From: Paramicrosporidium saccamoebae KSL3
Taxonomy: Eukaryota; Fungi; Cryptomycota
NCBI GenBank assembly: GCA_002794465.1
Contig: MTSL01000105.1
Coordinates: 7,257-39,256, forward strand
Direction: 5' to 3'
DNA: 32,000 nucleotides
The translations under genes and the position numbers were made by a program. The notes beneath the pieces are model-generated. The model had not been told where the DNA came from. It did not search any database and worked only from the letters and a program-made list of their open reading frames with translations. Shown here piece after piece: positions 27,129 through 32,000 of the stretch (its first letter is position 1; each line of letters starts with the position of its first letter).

Positions 27129-27545
27129 ATGAGGCCAATCGTAGCAATCTTTTTCCTTCTCTGCACCGTCTTTACTGTCTCGTTGCAGGAAAAATTCCAA
27201 GAAGAGGTCATTGTCGTGGAGGAGGTTGTTGACAGGCCATTCGTAATGTTTGGACGTCGGCATGATACTCCTCCCAATGAGTTGGGACGGGGACGGCGTA
27301 CCACTGTGACCCGCACTACCACAGTAACCCGGACTGCCAGCAATCGCACAACCACTACAGTGAGATCTACCACCACAGTTACTAGGCCGACAACACGTAC
27401 AACCACCTCTACCAGGACTGTTGGCCGTCCCACAACCACAACGACTACTTTAAGGACCACCACTACATCGACTCGTACAACTACCACTACTCGCACAAGA
27501 ACCACTTGTCCTCCCACCCGTCGTGGAACTGGCGATTCCAATTGA
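27129..27545 (+). CDS. Secreted Thr/Arg-rich mucin-like protein
   Basis: Signal peptide MRPIVAIFFLLCTVFTVS; acidic EEVIVVEE segment, then a T/R-rich region of about 70 aa; TATAAA at 27091-27096. Confidence 0.8.
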   Translation: MRPIVAIFFLLCTVFTVSLQEKFQEEVIVVEEVVDRPFVMFGRRHDTPPNELGRGRRTTVTRTTTVTRTASNRTTTTVRSTTTVTRPTTRTTTSTRTVGRPTTTTTTLRTTTTSTRTTTTTRTRTTCPPTRRGTGDSN

Positions 27546-27906
27546 TGACTTGGGTCTGATTGTTGCCTTAACTTCATTGCTAATAAAGGATAATCGTCTG
27601 GATCGTGACTTGAAGTTGCCGCTAAATGAGTAGCAATTGGAAGATTATAGATGCATTAGTTCCCTTGAATACAGTATTCAATCCATCACTTTACCGCTCA
27701 ATCTCTTTTCTACCCGATCATTCTATCACTTTTCTGTTTACACCTCGATCGCTCTATCATTATATCACTCTACCAATCGCTCTGTCGACCTATACTTACT
27801 CAACAATCTCATATAAACCACCTTCCATCACAAAGAACTATATACAATGGCATTTATTGGGCATATGTTAATAGGCGAGAGATAGCTGTAGGTTTAAATT
27901 GAATCA

Positions 27907-28236
27907 TTACCAACCTCCCCAACCTCCCCATCCTCCCCAACCGCCGCAAGGATTCCAGCACGGGTTGCAGCACGGATTGCAGCCCCAACCACCTCCCCAG
28001 CCGCCACCAAATCCCCAGCCATCGTTTCCCCAGCCACCGCAAGGATTCCAACAAGGATTACAGCACGGATTGCAGCCCCAACCACCTCCCCAGCCGCCAC
28101 CCCATCCACCAATACCACCCCATCCGTCACCACCCCAGCCTCCAATACCTCCACAGTTCATATTCGCTTGAACAGATCCGATCAAAAGGACGACAGCTAA
28201 AAAGACAGTAGTGAAAAGCTTCTTTAGATTCGCCAT
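27907..28236 (-). CDS. Secreted Gly/Trp/Cys-rich protein (13 GW dipeptides; 2 x CNPCCNPCWNPC)
   Basis: Signal peptide MANLKKLFTTVFLAVVLLIGSVQA from the ATG at 28236; internal duplication of GGWGGGWGCNPCCNPCWNPCGGWG. Confidence 0.82.
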   Translation of the reverse strand: MANLKKLFTTVFLAVVLLIGSVQANMNCGGIGGWGGDGWGGIGGWGGGWGGGWGCNPCCNPCWNPCGGWGNDGWGFGGGWGGGWGCNPCCNPCWNPCGGWGGWGGWGGW

Positions 28237-28424
28237 TGCTTTGCTATGGAACACAGAACCTAAGAGCCCCTTTTGTACTTCTAAGACGATATATACAAGC
28301 AGGAACACGATCAGATCATGTTCCATTATCAAGAAATTAGCATCAATCCATCAATTAAAATTTCACATATGGAATATTGTGACATTCCTATAAGAAGGGG
28401 TCCGTTTTGGTGTATAGTAAAAAT

Positions 28425-28970
28425 ATGGATCACAAGGAGGGTAACAAGAAGATTGCCAAAATCACGGCTCTGATTGCAGTTCTTGCGCTCGTAGCCACTC
28501 CTGTAATGGCATCTCAACAGCAAGGATACAGTGTCGGAAATGAACGTCTCTATCCACGTGCAGAAGAAGCTGCTGCAGTAAGTCACGGACAAGACGCCAA
28601 ACAACACCGCGATAACCGCGACAATCGAGACAATCGCGACAACCGTGACAATCGTGATAATCGTGACAACCGTGATAATCGCGACAATCGTGATGCATAT
28701 GAAGGACGCGAGAATATAAAGGGTCAGCAGATGCAGTTTGGCCCTTGGGGTCCTTACAATCCTTACAACCCGTACTTCCAGCAAGGCCCCAATCGTCAAC
28801 AAGGTCCGTATGCTCCTATGGCTCCTCAGGAAGGCGAGCAAGTAAACATTCCAAGAATGGGAATGCATCATGCTGGTCAATGGGGAGGAGCCGGCTTTGG
28901 TGGTGGTCCTGGCTTTGGAGGTGCTCCCTGGGGGAATGGTGGATTCCGTCCTTACGGTGGTGCGTGGTAA
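28425..28970 (+). CDS. Secreted protein with 9 x RDN repeats, a Gln/Pro/Gly-rich C-half and a GGFRPY motif
   Basis: Hydrophobic signal ITALIAVLALVATPVMA; ATG at 28425; RDN codons vary synonymously; TATAAG at 28389-28394. Confidence 0.82.
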   Translation: MDHKEGNKKIAKITALIAVLALVATPVMASQQQGYSVGNERLYPRAEEAAAVSHGQDAKQHRDNRDNRDNRDNRDNRDNRDNRDNRDNRDAYEGRENIKGQQMQFGPWGPYNPYNPYFQQGPNRQQGPYAPMAPQEGEQVNIPRMGMHHAGQWGGAGFGGGPGFGGAPWGNGGFRPYGGAW

Positions 28971-29039
28971 ATCGCGAGATCATCTTGGCCATAGTTTAAC
29001 AATAAATGTATAATTTTCTTAGTGTACAATCGACTTTTC

Positions 29040-29480
29040 ATGTTGAAATCTGCGGAGGAAGCCCCATATGAACAGGAGAAAGACTTTGTATTGTTTGTAG
29101 ACAAGGAAGGCAAGTTCTCGGGAGACTTTGAGCCACCCACTGAGGAGCCGCAATCGGCTATCAATGAGGAGACGGGCGAGATAAATTGGGACTGTCCCTG
29201 CCTGCAGTCTGCGCTGGCTCCTCCCTGTGGAGAGTTTTTCCGAGATGCATTCTCGTGCTTCGTTGCATCACAAACGGAGCCCAAGGGTAGTGAGTGTCTT
29301 GAAAAATTTGCAGCGATGCAGGATTGTTTTAGAGCCAATCCCGAGGTTTACTTGAAAGGTGCTGAGGAGGGAGAGGCCCATGAGGACACGATGGCGCAAT
29401 CGAGCACCGTAGCCTCGGAATTACAAACAGAAGAAATTATAAATGCTACAGAACAACCGATAGAAACATTTCAACCCTAA
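29040..29480 (+). CDS. MIA40: Mitochondrial intermembrane-space oxidoreductase Mia40/CHCHD4, soluble type
   Basis: GEINWDCPCL (CPC motif) and a twin CX9C (CGEFFRDAFSC; CLEKFAAMQDC). No N-terminal membrane anchor. ATG at 29040. Confidence 0.92.
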   Translation: MLKSAEEAPYEQEKDFVLFVDKEGKFSGDFEPPTEEPQSAINEETGEINWDCPCLQSALAPPCGEFFRDAFSCFVASQTEPKGSECLEKFAAMQDCFRANPEVYLKGAEEGEAHEDTMAQSSTVASELQTEEIINATEQPIETFQP

Positions 29481-29548
29481 ATACTAAATATCAACTTCTA
29501 AATGTGCTCCGTTTAGAGTCCTGCGCCCCCCCGGACCACAGGACTTGG

Positions 29549-30942
29549 ATGATGCCCGGATTAGTGTTTCGTCGAAAAAATTCATCTTTATGCTCTCTCC
29601 GTCCAGGAGAACCACAGCTTATCGTCCGAAGACACCATGGCCGCTCTTTGGAAGGAGTTGGAATGAATAGTGACGATGACGAGGAGCACGTCACAGTAGT
29701 CCCTGTAGTTGAGGACGCGAATGGTCAAGCTGCCAGATGGAGCAATTATAGAACACGCTGCTTTTGGGGAATCGTCATGATTGTTCTGTTTACTATGCTG
29801 CTCCTTGCGGGGCATTTTCCAATTGTTCTAATGGTCATTGGAATCCAAATTGCCATTTTCAAAGAAGTCATAGGAATTGCCCATGTGCGATACAGAGAGC
29901 GCAAGCTCCCTTGGTTTAGAACCATCAACTGGTAAGAACGTTTATGCAAGCGCTTATTTGTAGGTACTTTTTGTTCTCGACATATTACTACCTGTTTGGG
30001 GAAAGTTTAATTCACCTGTACAAAGACACTGTCTTTTCTGATGCGTTTCTGTTGCCTTTGGCCGTCCACCATCGCTTCATCTCTTTCTGCCTCTACTTGG
30101 TCGGCCTAATCATGTTTGTGCTCAATCTTAAAAAGGGCCATTACAGGTTCCAATTCAATCAGTTCGGGCTGGCCCACATGACCATTCTTCTGGTCGTCTT
30201 CCAGGCTCAATTTGTAATTCACAACATCTTTGAGGGGCTCTTCTGGTTTATACTTCCAGTGGCTCTTGTCATCTTTAACGATATTATGGCCTACTTCTTT
30301 GGATTCTTCTTAGGGCGCACGCCCCTCATCAAGATATCTCCAAAAAAGACCTGGGAAGGATTTCTTGGAGCATTCTTTTCCACCGTGATTTTTGGATTTC
30401 TCCTAAGTGGATACATGGCAAAGTACAAATTCCTCACCTGTCCCGTCACAGACTTTTCGGCCAATGTATTTACCGGCCTGACCTGTCAAGCAAGTCCGCT
30501 ATTCCAGGTCAAAAAGTACAAATTGCCAGTCGTCATCTCTGGGCTTTTGCGCTGGATCTTCCGAGTGAGAATCCGCGAGATCTCAATGCTTCCTGTTCAA
30601 CTACACTCTCTCGTGTTTGCCACCTTTGCATCTCTCATTGCCCCGTTCGGTGGATTCTTTGCCAGCGGTTTCAAACGCGCCTTCAAAGTCAAAGATTTCT
30701 CAGATTCGATTCCTGGACATGGAGGGATGACTGATCGTATGGATTGTCAGTTTGTGATGGGATTTTTCGTGTATTTATATCATTCCACCTTTCTCAAGTT
30801 CCATCCCACCACAGTCGGAGCCATTTTGGAAATGGCCGTCAGCAAACTGAGCACAGACGATCAAAGGATTTTGTATTTAAAGCTTCAAGATTATCTGATA
30901 GGCCAGGATTTACTCCACGACCCCATCGGGTATACTGCGTGA
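29549..30942 (+). CDS. CDS1: Phosphatidate cytidylyltransferase (CDP-DAG synthase), two exons
   Basis: SPKKTWEGF and IPGHGGMTDRMDCQ signatures. A 32-nt intron (29932-29963) gives RTINWYFLFS. The start codon is uncertain (29549, 29552 or later). Confidence 0.92.
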
Positions 30943-30990
30943 TTAAATTTCGTATATCCTGCAATATCACATGTTATTATTTATCACAGG

Positions 30991-31702
30991 CTATTTGATT
31001 TTCAAAAGCCCCTTGATCTGTTGTACATAGCTAGCAGTAAAGCCCGCAGACTTGCGGACGATGCCGCTAAAAGTAGAGTCAAACTCGGTGATGACAGAGT
31101 ATCCCACAAGCGCCAGGCAACTTAATCTTGCAACAGCACGAGCATACAGTTCCACAAGCTCAGCATTTACAACCCGGGCCAAGACAAATGCAATTAAGCT
31201 GATAAGATAGACACCGACGAGCTCAAACCGAACGACAAAGGGAGTCTTGGTGACTGTTGCCAGGAACAAGGAAGTCACAAGCATGACGAGCCTAGCACAT
31301 CAAACTAAAACTTTACCAGAGTACAAGTGGACAGTGTCAGTGAAGAGAGTCTCAATTCGCATGTGGTATTGGCTCTTTGCCGCAGTTGCGTTCTATAATG
31401 GTCAGGTACATGAGCCGGTCTACATTTGCTTTGCACGTTTTAAAGAGCCCAACGATTGATGGCACCACGTAGAACACAACAAGGAAGCTGATGCCAACCA
31501 AGACATAGACAAGCTGAGTCTCGCCAGCACCTACAATCTAGCAAGATTCAATGTTTGCACCAGTAGCCTTGGCAATATAGGGCGCAATGTAGTGCGATGC
31601 TATGCCTACTTGCAATATTAGCGACAAGGTGAGGAAAGCGAATATTTCAGTGGCAGACGCCACCGCAATTGCTCCCACAATGGCCATTCCGTTAAGCGCC
31701 AT
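30991..31702 (-). CDS. Hypothetical multi-pass membrane protein (about 205 aa, four predicted exons)
   Basis: Three candidate GT-AG introns (31531-31560, 31393-31423, 31292-31324; 30/31/33 nt) give a continuous 618-nt frame from the ATG at 31702, with several hydrophobic segments. No family recognised. Confidence 0.5.
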
Positions 31703-31942
31703 TATGATTTAAACTTAATTTGACTCTGTGAGGGAGTATATAGCGTAACATGCCAGGGATAGAGAGTTTGTTAGTGTGTGTGGTGTGAGAGAGTATAACA
31801 TAACGTACCAGGAATAAATGGCCTGGTAAGGAAGACATCTTTCTTAAAGGCACTTTTATAAACTGTCATTCTCAACACCGGATTGCGGGGTGGCTTTTGG
31901 AATAAAGACCTCCAATCATAGTGTCGTGCAGTGAGATAATAC

Positions 31943-32000
31943 TGTAAAGTAGAGGCAGAGGATTGATTAGTTGGGTATTTGTGTGCTAGAGTGGATCGCT
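31943..32000 (+). mobile_element. Element A, copy 3 (truncated by the window edge)
   Basis: Starts TGT, then GTAGAGG...GATTGATTAGTTGGGTATTTGTGTGCTAGAGTGGATCGCT, matching the 5' part of copies 1 and 2. Confidence 0.7.

Noticed and set aside
26927-27577. Val-rich 216-aa minus-strand ORF
   Set aside because: Antisense of the Thr/Arg-rich gene (ACN codons read as Val/Gly on the other strand).
27899-28171. Pro/Gln-rich plus-strand ORF
   Set aside because: It is the antisense of the GW/Cys gene, which has the signal peptide and an upstream TATA-like box.
1-32000. tRNA/rRNA genes, or a prokaryotic or viral origin for the window
   Set aside because: No T-loop/D-loop cloverleaf or rRNA signature was found. 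Spliceosomal introns and eukaryote-specific genes occur throughout.

Overview
This is a gene-dense eukaryotic window with very short GT-AG introns of 28-34 nt (13 reconstructed by hand) and short intergenic spacers. It is not prokaryotic, and I found no CRISPR array, tRNA or rRNA. The combination of compaction, tiny introns, retained mitochondrial biogenesis genes (MDM10, MIA40) and ancestral opisthokont genes missing from budding yeast (SLBP, SNAPC3, MCMDC2-like) suggests an early-diverging microsporidian or Rozellomycota parasite of the Paramicrosporidium/Mitosporidium type. That taxon is inferred, not proven. Conserved genes are XPO5 (partial), SPT4, MCMDC2-like, a SAPS/PP6 regulator, POLD3, GVP36-like BAR, SLBP, an MFS transporter, SNAPC3, LRO1/PDAT, YML020W-like, MDM10, YAR1-like, MIA40 and CDS1. 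Two accessory islands interrupt them. (1) 13.1-17.3 kb: six tandem, co-oriented genes for small signal-peptide proteins, four ending in Cys-x-x-x-stop (CTLF, CSLQ, CSQQ, CSQQ). These are candidate secreted effectors prenylated by host enzymes. (2) 24.7-29.0 kb: six secreted low-complexity proteins (GFGPQ repeats, Arg/Trp tail, Thr/Arg-rich, GW/Cys-rich, RDN repeats) with a shared ATCAAT + TATA promoter architecture. These are candidate spore-wall or infection-apparatus genes. Also present are a 166-bp TGT...ACA dispersed element (two inverted copies bracketing 1.9 kb, plus a third copy), a second dispersed repeat, several minisatellites in gene 3' flanks, and an unidentified, strongly structured ~250-nt ncRNA candidate at 9.3-9.6 kb.
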